Part shown: positions 34,921 through 48,328 of the stretch, one piece after another
Position numbering within the stretch: position 1 is the first letter of the stretch
Layout: each line of letters begins with the position of its first letter
Source: Chrysomallon squamiferum
Taxonomy: Eukaryota > Animalia > Mollusca
DNA length: 64,000 nt
Reading direction: 5' to 3'
NCBI GenBank assembly: GCA_012295275.1
Contig: CM022675.1
Coordinates: 9,300,001 to 9,364,000, forward strand
Translations under genes and position numbers: made by a program
Notes under the pieces: generated by a model
Told to the model about the DNA's origin: nothing
The model's database searches: none
What the model saw: only the letters and a program-made list of their open reading frames with translations

Positions 34921-37900
34921 TTTTTGTGCAGATCTGCAATAGTCAGTTGTATGTCTGTCTATCTGTCTGTCAGTCTTTTGTTTGTTTATGTTTTTTTTGT
35001 CCGTTTTGTTATGAGCTGCAGTAGGTTCAGTGAATACTTTTAACAATTTTATCTTTTTAATAGAAATAACGTAAATTTAGGTTTTTAAATATTTGTAATA
35101 TATATATTATAATCACAATGAAATTTAGATATAAATATCTAGATTACTGTTCAAGATTAGATGTTACTATTGAGAGCTTCAGAAAGAAGAGATTTTTAAC
35201 TTACTTTAGTAAATACAACATGATTTAAAGAAACAAAAGAGAAAAAAAAGGATATTGTTATTATAACAATATGTAGTTGTTTTTTAACCTTCAAGTACAT
35301 ATAAGAATTTATCTTAGAAATATATTGAAAAAATGCAATTTTAGAACCAACAAATATATCAAAAACAATCATTTCAGAAAAATCCTTTTCCAGGATAAAA
35401 TATATTTTTATTTACAAATTTTGTATTAAAGTATGAATACCTGAATGTTCAGATGTTCTGTTTTACAATTTTAACTTTTATGGAGAAAAACTAACTACAA
35501 TTTGTTTTTAACTGTTTTTGTTTTTTATTCTGTTATTATTACATTTTTGTATTAAAGTTGATTGTATAATATCATTCTGTATATCTGGTACTTCGTTCAT
35601 TATCATTCTTTGATTTATTTTTAATGTACAGTTACAGTTTTTTCATTGATACATTTTTTTTTTTTTTTTTTTTTTAATAAAAATATCCAAGCTTTCCAGA
35701 TCAAGGGACATTCCACATAAAAAATGTTTGCATGTTCATTATTTTTGTCCCTTTTTTTGTAAAAAATAAAAAACCCAACAAAAAACAAATAAAATTTTAA
35801 AAATAAAGAAAGGAGTTTTACAATTTGTTTCTGTGCAATTTATATTGTTACGTTTTGTGTATTTGTTTTTAAAATGTTAAATTGTGTAAAATGTCTTCTT
35901 TTTTGGTTGCCATGGAAATTAAAAGTTGCAGCAGTTAAGTTACCATTTTAAAAAAGTTACCCATTTACCAAATTTAAAAAAATAAATAAAAATAAGGTGC
36001 CTAGATAATACGTTATTTTTATAATTTTTTTTCAATTTATATTGATTTATTTGCTATCTCAATCTTTGAAACTTTCCTGAATATTGTTCTATGAATCATT
36101 GGTCTGTTTATGCAGATTATTGCAAGATATTATTTTCTTTGAAAATCCTTCTATATATATTTAGAATAAATTTTCAGTGTAAGGGAAGTAATTCTATTGT
36201 TACACCAAAGGGACATAACGTTAACCTTTTCCAAGGGGAGGTAACTGTCTCAAGAATGCATTATTGACTATATTTTTTTTCTTTTCAATAAACATAATTA
36301 ATGCATAACTTGTCCCAAAGGGAGGTAACTATCTCATATATACATCAGTGTTTTATGTGTATATAAATTTATTTTTTCTTAACTTTCTTGTAATCTATAT
36401 AGTATTTTAAAAATGTCTATAACAAAATATTCTATATATTAATGGTATATTTATCTTTTTTCAAGATAATAATCTTCAATAATTAGGAAAAAGAAATTGA
36501 ATAAATTTCATTCTTATAATCATCATACTAAAAATATAAAGATTTTGTCTGTATTACTTAGATTTTGGAATAGTTCTGTTTATTATTATTATTATTATTA
36601 TTATTTAATGCATTAAAATTTAAATATTTCTGCAGTTAGATACTATCTTGATCAGATTGTTTGAAATTGATTTTGTTTTAACTATTAAATTATGCAAATA
36701 AATTAAATAACATTGGCTTTTTAAAATTAAAATAGTTAAAACAGTTTAATACATACTGTAATAAAATATTAAAAAAATAAAAAAATGATAAAAAAAAAAA
36801 AAAAAATTTTTTTAAAAAAGTAATAAAATAAAACATTTGAAATAAAAATATTTAATAAATAAATATAAAATCATTATGGACTGATTTTTTTTTTTTTTTT
36901 TCCCCCTACTGTTATCTAGGTCATCATTGATGTCTATTTTTAAACATCTATTTTCGTTGTCATAGCTATCTTACCTGTAACAAACATTTTACCTTGTAGA
37001 TACTTGTAATAGATTAATTACTCCTTGTAAATTTGTTGGTTTAGCCACCAGTTAGCTCATCTGTGTGTTTTATGTTTTATTTTTAACTTTTAGTGTGATA
37101 AAATCAATGTTCTGCACAGTCTCATGTTTTTTTTTTTTCTTTCTAAGTCAAAATAAAAAAAAAAAATAAAAAAATACTAAAAATGTATATGTACTATTCA
37201 GTTGTTGAATAAACCTTTGATATGCAAAGAAAAGCATTGAGTTTTGTTTTTGTAATTTCGTATTATGTAATTTTTGTCCAACCCAAAAAAAGATTGGTAA
37301 CCAGACATAAATGAAACGGTCATTTCACAAAAACTGAAACTTCAACAACAGGAGCAAAGCATTGTTTTGGATTTTAGGCAGCACCAACTAAAAGAATTAG
37401 CATCTGTGATTCTGTTTCATACTGACATTTTATTATGGTGTAAGAGTCCACAGAACAAGAACAAATGTTCTAATCACAGATCATGTATTGATACAGAAAA
37501 CTTTGTTCCTTAAATTTAGCATTAAGGAACAAAACATCTTTTAGGTATTTTATAAGAAAATTAGAAATTAGCTGTATGTTTTGCACATACATGCTTTATA
37601 TTTTATGCACAAAATTATACAAATATTATTAAAAAATCCTTTAGGTTATTTGTATAAGCTGCTATATGAAATTTAAACAGAATTTGTATTTAGACATAGA
37701 TTCTTTTCTCAAGCATTCTCCATTTATCTGAAAATCTTAATTTTTCCAGGACCAGGCATTTCAGATAAAGAATCCCCAAACAGTAATAATTTAAAAAAGA
37801 AAAAAAAAGAAGATGAGTAAAGAATAACAAGAAACGAATATAAAGAAAAAAAATATATTGACAAAAACTATGCAAAATTATACAAACATTTCGTACCATC

Positions 37901-39904
37901 ATTCTTCAACCTCTGCTTTCTTGAAACCAGTTCAGCTAATAAACTTTGTTAATTTTTACTTTTAATTCTACAGATAAACACCACTTACATTTTATTTATG
38001 TATTTCATTACAACATAACAGTTTTCAGAGCAATTACAAAGCATAAATGCACATATCAATATTAATGTTTTATACTTTGTATATGAAATGAAGACAGAAA
38101 ATAAAAGGTAAACAGTACATATACACATTTTGTACTTGGTGTGTGGAAATATAAAACAAATTAAATGACTTAATGCATATTAAACATTAAAAATAAATAA
38201 ATAGAGAAAAACAATCTTTTTTATGCTTTTTAGCACCACTAAAAAACATAAAAATAAACATCTTAATTTTTTATATTATTGTTTACATTCAAATACAATA
38301 TTGAAAAAAATATTTAAAAAAAACTTTTTTATTTCAGAATTACTTTTTTTTTTTCTTAAACAAAACAACAAAAATCTATTTTAGATTCAAAGCAAGTTAT
38401 TTTGGTACAAAATAAATTTCAAACACCTATATATTAATCAGCATATACATATAATCTGTGACATCCAAATTTTAATATCAGATATTTTTTTTCTCAAATT
38501 TATATTATGCCTACTCAATGGATGTACAATAAATTTCAAAGTGATGTCAGTTAATATCACCAAATGCCAGTATCAGACATTTTTCAAAAATCAGTGTCAA
38601 CAGCATATTATTGTTATTATGAAACAAAATATATATAATTTTCTTATTTACATTCCATTCTACCTTCATTTCTTTCCTCACACATCAACTGCATCCTAAC
38701 TTCCATTACATGTAACTAAATTTTCTGTCCATTTTATTTCTTACATTTGTAAAATGTAAAAAAAAAAAAGAACAAAAAAACAAACAAAAAACACATTTAT
38801 ATATCACACACATATCATATTGTTATGTAGCTTTTCAGGATAAACAATAAGTCAAAACAAAAAACAAAACAAAATCAAAAACCCTTCCCAAAACCTAGTA
38901 AATAGAATAAAAAAAAAGGAAAAAAATAAAAAATAAATAAAATAAAATAAACACAATAAATTTTTATAACAAATTTTTGACAATTTCAAATTGCATGATT
39001 AGAAATAAATAATTTGTCTCAATTGAAACCAATAAACAAACTAAAGTCATCATCTCCACTAAGATATAACTAATCCAAGAATACAAAACTAAACAAAAAT
39101 TATTTGGCAAAATAATTATCATCTACAAAATATGAAAAAGCAATTCATTAATATCCAGTTAAGCCCACTTTTTTTTCATAGATATTTTTTGTTTTGTTAC
39201 TTTTTTTATTTTAAAATACATTTTTGCATGATATAACATTTAAATAACAACTATTTAAAAACTTTATAAAGAGAGAGACTCAGAGAAAAATACATAAATA
39301 GATACAGATATATTAACAGACATAAAATGAACTTAAGTACCCAAAATTAATTAAATAAAAAACAAATTAAAATATGAGAGATACAAGGTTCCAATTAATT
39401 TGGGAGTTATGTAATTTTTAAATTTTTATTTTTTTTTTTTTATATAACTTTACCAAATAAGAAAAGAAATTTTAAAATCAATACTAGGAGCAGCAATAGT
39501 AACTGATTTATTTTTAAAAAAGAAAACTAAGAAACATGAATAACTAAATTTTAAGTAATAATACTTGTAATAAAATACTTACCATTCTACTATAATAATA
39601 ATAAATTATATACTTATATCAAAAACACTATTTACAACAACCTATTTTTTTTCTAAAGAGTACTGTGATGTAAAATTCACTTCAATATGTAACAATGGGG
39701 GGGAGAGGATTTCAAATACTGTTCAAATAATCAAATAAAAAAATTTCTTCTTACAAAACCCAATTTGAACAAAACCAAATTTGAATTTAATTCTTCCCCA
39801 TTATCATTAATAATAAAAAAAGTAAAAAAAATAAAAAAATAAAATAATAACATCCAATCACTTTTCAATCAAATTACAAAAAAACTTTTCCCTTCCATTT
39901 ATCA

Positions 39905-41423
39905 TTAATGATTCGTGATTTTACATTTTCGATTTCTTTGTTTGTTTTTTTTCCCTGTTTTTGGTTTCGGTTCGGAGTATTTGGCCTCCAGCTGCGAGAA
40001 AAAATTGTCTGCCAGAGACTCTCTGCTCTTCTGCCGTTTCTTTATCAGAGCTTCTAAGGAGCTGTCTCCTAGTCCCAGCTCCTTAGCAGCAGCCTCAGCC
40101 TCTACTGCCTCCTCCTCAGCCTAAAGAGTAAAGTTCACTCATAAATGAATATTTAATTAACCAGCCTCATTTTCAACTTAAAAAATCATGGATTAATGAA
40201 TATTTAATTAACCAGCCTCATTTTCATTTTAAAACTCATGTATAAATGAATATTTAATTAACCAGCCTCATTTTCATTTTAAAGCTCATGTATAAATGAA
40301 TATTTATTTAACCAGCTTCACTTTCAGCTTAAAGATTACATATAAATGAATATTTATTTAACCAGCCTCATCTTCTGCCTAAAGGTTTAAGATTGTGTAG
40401 GAATAATATTAACCAGTCCCTTTGTCAGCTTTAAAGATGAAAGATTACGTATACATTATTATTTAATTAATGTCTGTAATCCAATATACACAATCTGTCT
40501 AGACAGTACTCAAGTAAGTAATTAATTATTAAGAAATAAAGGAAGTCATTTTTAAATACGTAACAACATCCTGTAGCAAAAATACACAACCAACTGACTA
40601 CCTTAGTGACAGACAGAAGTAAATATTTGAAAAAAATAAAAATAAAAATAAATAGAATGTTTTATTTAGCACCACTATTAAGACAATTTTAAAAAACATA
40701 ATCCCAAATATACAACCTCTAAAGTTGTAAATTCATTTATTGAAGTAAATATATGACTAATTATTAAGAACAAAAATAGAAGAAAAAAAAGAAGTTTTAT
40801 TTACTGTCATTTTTAAACATTTATTTTTAACTCTAAAATAAAGAACCTGTTTTGTGACAAAACAGAAGTAAATATAATCATGATTCATTTTTAAGAAAGA
40901 AAAGAAGAAATATTTTAACCAAACTCTATATGATATTTTTAAATATTTAATTAACATCTCATTAACAAAATAACTGACTATCAGGTGATGAAAGTAAATA
41001 TATGAATAATTATTAAAAAAGGAAATGAAGAATTCAGTTAATGACATTCTTAAAAAAACACCAAAAGACCTATTCTCCAATTACAATTTACACTATTATT
41101 TTTAATTTTTTCATTATGGAGGTGGGTGCTAACATTTAAAATAATAATAGAAGTGAATTAATTTTTTTATTTTTTATTTATCCCAGTCAGTGATATTTAG
41201 TACTGTTCTGGTTTGATGAAAACAATCTTAAAATTAAGTTTATTCAGCTGTGGGCAAACAAGCTAAGTAAACAAAAATAAATAAATAACTAAATAATTAA
41301 AAAAAATAGAAAAGTAATAATAATAAAAATAATAGAAATAAAAAATTAAGAACAAATAATATTTGTATATTTTCTATTTTTAATAAAGCATAAAACAATA
41401 AATGTTTCTTGTAGACTTTTCTG

Positions 41424-41455
<32 letters not shown>

Positions 41456-42184
41456 ACAAATACTAATAATAAAAAAATAAAATAAATAAAAATTTACCCT
41501 TTTTCTCCTTACAGCTTTTTTTGTTTTTGTTTCTTTTGAGAACTTTTTCAGATTTGGCAGTTCTTTGTTTTTGATGAGTTTGGTTAAAATGGTTTTAAAT
41601 CTCTCCTCGTCTTCCACTGAAGCACAGAGCACACTGTCAATAATTCTACTCATGTCCCCTTCTGATTCCAGATAGGCTGCTTTTAGATCCTTCACCTCCT
41701 CTTCCGAACCTAAAGAGACAGATTTTTTTTTTTTTTAAATTAGAAATAACATAATTCTTAAAAAAAAAATAATAATAATAAATAAATAAATTAAAAACAA
41801 CAAACAAATGAAACAAAAAAATACAAAAATTTTAAAATTTAAAATTTCTTGATATATTTTAAATAAAAAGGAAGTAAATATAATCGTTAAAATAAAATAA
41901 TTCCTACCTTGGTATTTCTGTTTGTAATTCTCAATATCTTTGAAGGAAAGTTTAGCAAAGAGTAGGCGCCAGTAATTATACCAGTCCCGTTCTTCACTGA
42001 TGTCATTTTCTTCATCAATATCACCTGTAAGAAAACATAAAATTTTAAATTATACCTATAAATAAATAAAATAGATTATATAAATTTCTTCCAACTTACT
42101 GTTGCCCTTGTGTCTGACCAGCAAACACTGTTAACAAACAAATTAATAATATGATAATAAAATATTGGTATCTCAAAATTATTG

Positions 42185-42220
<36 letters not shown>

Positions 42221-42907
42221 CTGTTAAAGCAAAAATATTTGACCAACCTGTTTCATCATAAATATTTCGTTTCTCCTTGTCAGACAATATGCTGTAAACT
42301 TTGCCAAGAGTTTGAAATCGTTTTGTGGCATCCTCTTTCCTGTCACTCTCTACTCTATCTGGGTGACATAGCAACGATACTTTGTGGTAAGCTTTTCTCA
42401 CTAAAATTAATCAAAACATGTTTTTGAAAGAAGATGGCAATTAAATGAAAAGTGATAGTTTTGATGACGTGAAATGATCCTTAAAAACAATCGTAACACA
42501 ATAGCAGTAAGTTGCTGAGTAACAGTGAAATAGTAAACGTGTTTTCACAAGATGTCAAAATTGTTTACGTTCACAACAATCACATTCGTGGCAATGTTTT
42601 CTAAGTTCTCATGTTAGCTCTTTTCAGAACCCCCTCCCCAAAAAAACATAATTAACAAAGATCACTGACCATTTTAATAATTTTAAGTCATGGATATAAT
42701 GCAACATAATCAAAAATACATATTAAGTTATTATTATAAATAAATAATATATTATATGAACGAATATTTGCGATTCACTATCGTGGCAATGGCTTGTTTT
42801 AAAATTAACGTACCTTCCTGTGCTGATGCAGATTTTCGGACTTTCATAACATCGTACAGGTTATCGGTACCAAATAATTCTTTACACGATTTAATTAATG
42901 ATGGCAT
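39905..42907 (-). CDS. DNAJC9: DnaJ homolog subfamily C member 9 (J-domain histone co-chaperone), 263 aa
   Basis: Exons (minus): 42907-42814 ([21 protein letters not shown]), 42400-42248 (HPD motif, [13 protein letters not shown]), 42024-41908 ([10 protein letters not shown]), 41709-41498 (GSEEE..DLKAAY..GDM), 40120-39905 ([12 protein letters not shown]). All introns GT-AG and phase-consistent; 792 nt total. Confidence 0.95.
40140..40420. repeat. ~50-55 bp tandem repeat in the last DNAJC9 intron
   Basis: 5-6 copies of ATGAATATTTAATTAACCAGCCTCATTTTCA. Confidence 0.85.
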
Positions 42908-43318
42908 TTTGGATATTTACCAAAGCAATCCGACAGATTTATATTCTTCTTAACACTGGCGCCAACTGCTTTGAAGAACTTCCTTTCGTTAAACTATATG
43001 TAGGGGAGATAATTCTATTTAAATATTACAAGTTTTTTGATATCCGTTTGAGGCTGGCCTTGCCACTTCAACAATTTTTATATTGCCCGATTAAAATAAA
43101 TAAAGGGATACGTTTAGGAAGGTCTACGATAAAATGTTAATGTTTTTAATTATTTAATTAAATTTAAAAGATTTTAAAAATGTATTTATTTATTTGTGCA
43201 TTTATTTATTAATTATAAATTATAAATTCTATAAATAATTTTGTTAATGTCCTTTTAATTAAATTATTGTTATTAATATATTCATCATTTTAACATTTTA
43301 AAATATATTTTTAGGAAG

Positions 43319-43357
<39 letters not shown>

Positions 43358-43984
43358 TTACATATTACACAAAATGCAAAAATATTTTTAAAATACTGTA
43401 AATTAATTAGTTACAAAGACCTGAAATTCTTTTGTAATTTTTATAATATTTAGACTGTTATTTTACTTTATTTTAAGATAAAATGATAAATTAATATAAT
43501 CTTTCATTAACTTTTATAAATAATGAAATCGTATAAACATTTTTAAAGATATATATAGATACTTGTTAATACTTTATCTCAAACTATATATTAATTTCAA
43601 TATTAGCAAATAACATTTTCTGTCTTGTACTGACAATAATTTTGAATGTTTTGGGCAAAAAAAGAAAATAATAACGTTATACAGTATGAACAGATTTAGG
43701 TTAATGAGAATAAATATTTAGTGAAAAAATATATTTAGTGTTGAGTTGTGTGGCTGGTGCAGTAAATAATTATACTGAAACACATAAAATAATAAAATTG
43801 TAAATAAAGAAATAAACTGTATGAACATGATGACATTTTTCAATTTTTAATAACAAAAATGATTTATTTCAACAGTATTTACAACAAAAATATACAAAGT
43901 ATGTACACAATCCATCTTCACAGAAATAAAAACTAGATTAAAATTATTTGTGTAAAGAAATAATTAATCCATGGACGGATTTAT

Positions 43985-44041
<57 letters not shown>

Positions 44042-44748
44042 TTAAAAATTGATAAGTAACTTATTTCCAACACGTGGATAAACATTCAATATGGCTGCCT
44101 CCATAAATTGCAGATGTCTGCCAGTATTGACAGCATAAATAAATACAGTGTAACATGCATCCTACTTAGACTTGCTTCAACTTTTCTGTGACAGAAGCTT
44201 TCAAAGCATCATTGACACATGCCAACAGTTATGAGTTTGGTTACAACGGAAATTGTTTTGTTTTTTCAATATTTTGTAGGTCTTGTTCATATCATCATTT
44301 CTTGTAATTATATGCACACATTGCAACTGATATGTGTTTTTTTTTTTATCATTTTGTTGGTGAAATGATAATATAAAGACACACATCGTATAAAATCCAG
44401 ATTTCGATATGGTGGCCATGTTGTAAGAAAAAAACAATTTTCTTGTCATCTAATAATTTTCTCCATACAACTTCTTTAATCAATTACTTAACTAAGAAGA
44501 AGAACAACTCTACCACAAAATATTCTTATCATCTCCACTGTTAATGCATTAAGTGGTAATGTTTTCCAAACAACTCATTCAATCAATGTACTTGACTAAA
44601 AAAAAAAAAAATCTTTAAACATTTCTGATATTTTTAAAAAACATACTCTTGTCATCTAATAATGTTCTCCAACCATCTGCTTTAATCAATTATTCAATTA
44701 ATAACAACAAAAATTCTACCATGAAATACTGTTTTCCAAACAACTGAT

Positions 44749-45890
44749 TCAATCAGTGTATTTGACCAACAGAAAATCTTTCAAAATTTCGGGTATTTGA
44801 AGTTCGCGAATCCTGGGTAAACCTTTGGACCCGAGGGAGAGACGAACGGTTTGTCGACAGTTTCGCTTCAGACTTCTGGGGTTGTACATTTCCTGTTGCA
44901 ACCAGGAGCAGAAGTCCGGATAGGCTTCGCACACCTGCTGAACTCGTGGTGTCGTCAGTAAGGAATAATCTCGTTTACAGTCGGACTGAAGCAACAGTTT
45001 CATTAATCTTAGTTTTCCAAATGCTGCAGCTTTCATCAGAGGAGTGGATCCTGAAAAGTAATAATAATAATAATAATAATAACAGTAATAAAAATCATAA
45101 TAATAAAAATTAATTAACTAATAATAATAACAATAACAATAATTAAGTTAATTAATTAACTAATAATAATAATTTAATTAATTAATTATGGGATAATAAT
45201 GATGATGATGACAATGATAATTAGCTAACAGAAAAAAATGGTGATGATAATGACAGTAAAAAAGATAATAGCAGTAATAATAATACTAATAATCATTACT
45301 ATTAATCATGGTAATTGATCTACACATTTCACAATTATTAAATTTTGCCTCAAAATAGCATCACTCACCAGTTTTAAGAGTCATAAGTTCAACCTAGTTT
45401 ACAACATAACAAAAAGTTTTACCTTTTTTATCTGGACATTCCACATCTGCCCCAGCATGCAACAGGAGAGTTGAGACCTCTATGTTTTGCCCATTCTCGG
45501 AAGCCATATTGAAAATATTTTTCCCCGAACTGTCTTGCTGAAACGCAACAAAATACATAAAATGAAAAGGAGTTACATAATATCAAAGTTCATTCACTTT
45601 TTTTTTTTAAATTATGAAGATCATCCCTCTGGATTTTTTCAAATAAACAAATTCTCCTAACTCACATGATTAATGTCAGCTCCTGATTCTAGGAGAAACT
45701 TGACAGCATTTTTATGACGCTGACCAGCTGCCATCATGAGAGGAGTGGCTCCTTTTGTGTTACACAGATTTACGTCTGCACCTCCTGTTAATCAAATATT
45801 GTTTCAAATTATATTCCAGAAAAATATCCGACATAAATAACTGTACTATTATAACTGATAGATAGATAGATAGGCAGATAGATAGATAGG

Positions 45891-45945
<55 letters not shown>

Positions 45946-46019
45946 GAGAGATAGACAGATAGAGATAAGATAAAAATAATATAATGCATTAATAAAATAA
46001 AATTTTGAAGAGAGAGATA

Positions 46020-46103
<84 letters not shown>

Positions 46104-48328
46104 AAGCTAATAAAAATCTTGTTACCTGCATTTCACTCTAATCAAATATCTAACAACTTGAATGGTGACTGCCCTTTCTCACCATAAAATAAATAATTAA
46201 AACAAATTTCAGCTAAAAAATTTATAAAAACTAAATGATACACACCATTGACAAGTAGCTTTAAAATTTTAAGATTATCTTCTCTTGACATGTTGGCAAA
46301 AAAGAGGGCCGACGTTCCTTTCATATCGACTAAGTTGACATCTGCTCCTCCATCTATTAATGTCTGAATGACAGGAAGGCTGCCACTGCAAACAGCCTCC
46401 ATAAGAGCTGTCTTTTTACTGGCTGTTTGGACATTCAAATCAGCTCCTGAAATCAACCAATAGGAAAGAAGCTAACAAAAAAGTAAAAATTCAGGATTCT
46501 ATAGTTAAAAAAACAACAAAAACAATTATTGACAAAAATAAATAAATAAATAAATAATAAAAACAAATAAATAATAAAAAAATAAAAACAAATAAATAAT
46601 AAAATAATAAAAACAAAAAAAAATAATATAAGAGCTAAAGTTAGTAACGACTTTATACTAAAATTCAAGATTTATTGGTAAAGAACCGTAACTCTAATGT
46701 GGTTACTTTTCTTACCTTTCTTTGCAAGAAACTCAACAACATCATTTCTGCCAACAGCAGATGCAACATAGACTGGTGTACGGTCAAGTCCATCTCGAAC
46801 ATTTATGTCTGCTCCTTTTGACAAAAGGAAGTCTATCATCTAAAAGCAAACAATATTTAAAAATAAAATAAAATAAAATAAAATAAAATAAAATAAAATA
46901 AAATAACATAAAATAATATTCATTCATTCATTTACTATTATTATTAATATTTTTCAAAACAAATCACAAAAGCAGGGAATTCAAAAAATTAGTAAAATCC
47001 CATCTTGATAAATTACATCTTGAACTATATCAAGCCTTTAATTAGTAACAAATTCAGCAAATATCGCAGTAATTCTTAATCCAAACATTTATTAACAAAA
47101 TTTATTATGTTCCACTTTTATATTAAATTTAATAAATTCATCAAATACTGGGTATTGATTGAGGAATTGTTAATTTCAAATAATATACCTCAATTGATGA
47201 ATGAAGAGCAGCTACATGGAGTGGGGTGTAGTCGGTCATTCGGATATGTCGAAACATCCCTGGTACTCGAATAATACATGGCTCACCTGAAATAATAATA
47301 ATAATAATAACTATAATAATAATAATAAATATAATAAATATAAAAATAATAATAATAATAATAACAACAACAATAATAAATATAATAATGACATGAATAA
47401 TAACAATAATAATAAATATATTAATAGTAATAACATCAATAATAAATATAATAATGACAATATTAATAAAGAATAATAATAACAGTAAAAATATAATAAT
47501 AATACTAATAATGATCACAATGACAATAATAAATGTAATCAAATAATAATATAATAAAAATATTTATAACAATAATAAATATAATAAGAACAACAAAAAC
47601 AATAACAGTAATAATAATAATAACTATTAATAATGATGACACTAATAAAAATATAATAATACAAATATAAAACAAATATAAAACTAACTATAACAAACAC
47701 AAATAAATTTTCCAGTTGTTGTAAATGCTACATTTGACTTTTCACATTTTTATTTTTGAACTAATAAATACCATCTTTCGGCAATGCTTTGATGATTTCC
47801 ATTGTCACATCATGTGACTTTTCTTGGTTTTCTGGGATTCCATTTTCTGGTTGTCCAGCTAAATTAATTCTGTCTTTCACACTGTGAACTGCAATTTTTA
47901 ACACAAAAACAAAATGTAATCTTTAAATGTTTACAAAAATATAAATACACACAAATGAAAAATAGTAAATAAATTAATTAACTTTGATTATATGTTACAT
48001 TTAGCTTATATCCATTTGCTTTTTTTTATATTTAAATTATTATCAAATATACAACTTTACTTTTTTCTATTTATGAAACACGAAGAGTAAACTGATACAT
48101 TTATTATTATTATTATTATTATTCATTATATATATTACCTGTATGTCTTATGGAAATATCAACTTGTTTTAAAAGTCGCCCAACCATGAACACGTCACTG
48201 AAGCGGACGGCTTTAAATATCAAATGTTCCTGTTGTGGTATTTTCACAAACGGGTTGTCGATGGCGATAGCATCACCACTGAGTCGAGGTTGCTGAATAT
48301 CATCGCTGTTGCTGTTCTGTCGCATCAT
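44749..48328 (-). CDS. Ankyrin repeat and SOCS box-containing protein (ASB-like), about 382 aa
   Basis: Exons (minus): 48328-48139, 47286-47189, 46839-46716, 46446-46246, 45784-45666, 45537-45423, 45050-44749. Several ankyrin repeats (TPLHVAA, GADINVRD, TALMEA, GATPLMMAA, GSTPLMKAA) and a C-terminal SOCS box (PRSLKRNCRQTVR..LQIPEILKDFL). Probable non-coding 5' exon ending at 48592 (cag|gtaagt). Confidence 0.9.

Larger units (their letters stand above)
26620..37230 (+). other. Inferred long (~10.6 kb) ZEB 3' UTR rich in miRNA sites
   Basis: No coding exons. Sense-strand clusters of CAGTATT, GTGCCAA, TCTAGTC and GTCTTCC and many TGTA elements. Candidate AATAAA at 37208-37213 followed by a GT/T-rich tract; alternative AATAAA near 33716 and 36287. 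The 3' end is an inference. Confidence 0.6.

Noticed and set aside
35345-35371. miR-190 3'-complementary stretch (CAAATATATCAAA)
   Set aside because: The seed match is broken and the sequence is low-complexity AT-rich, so chance is likely.
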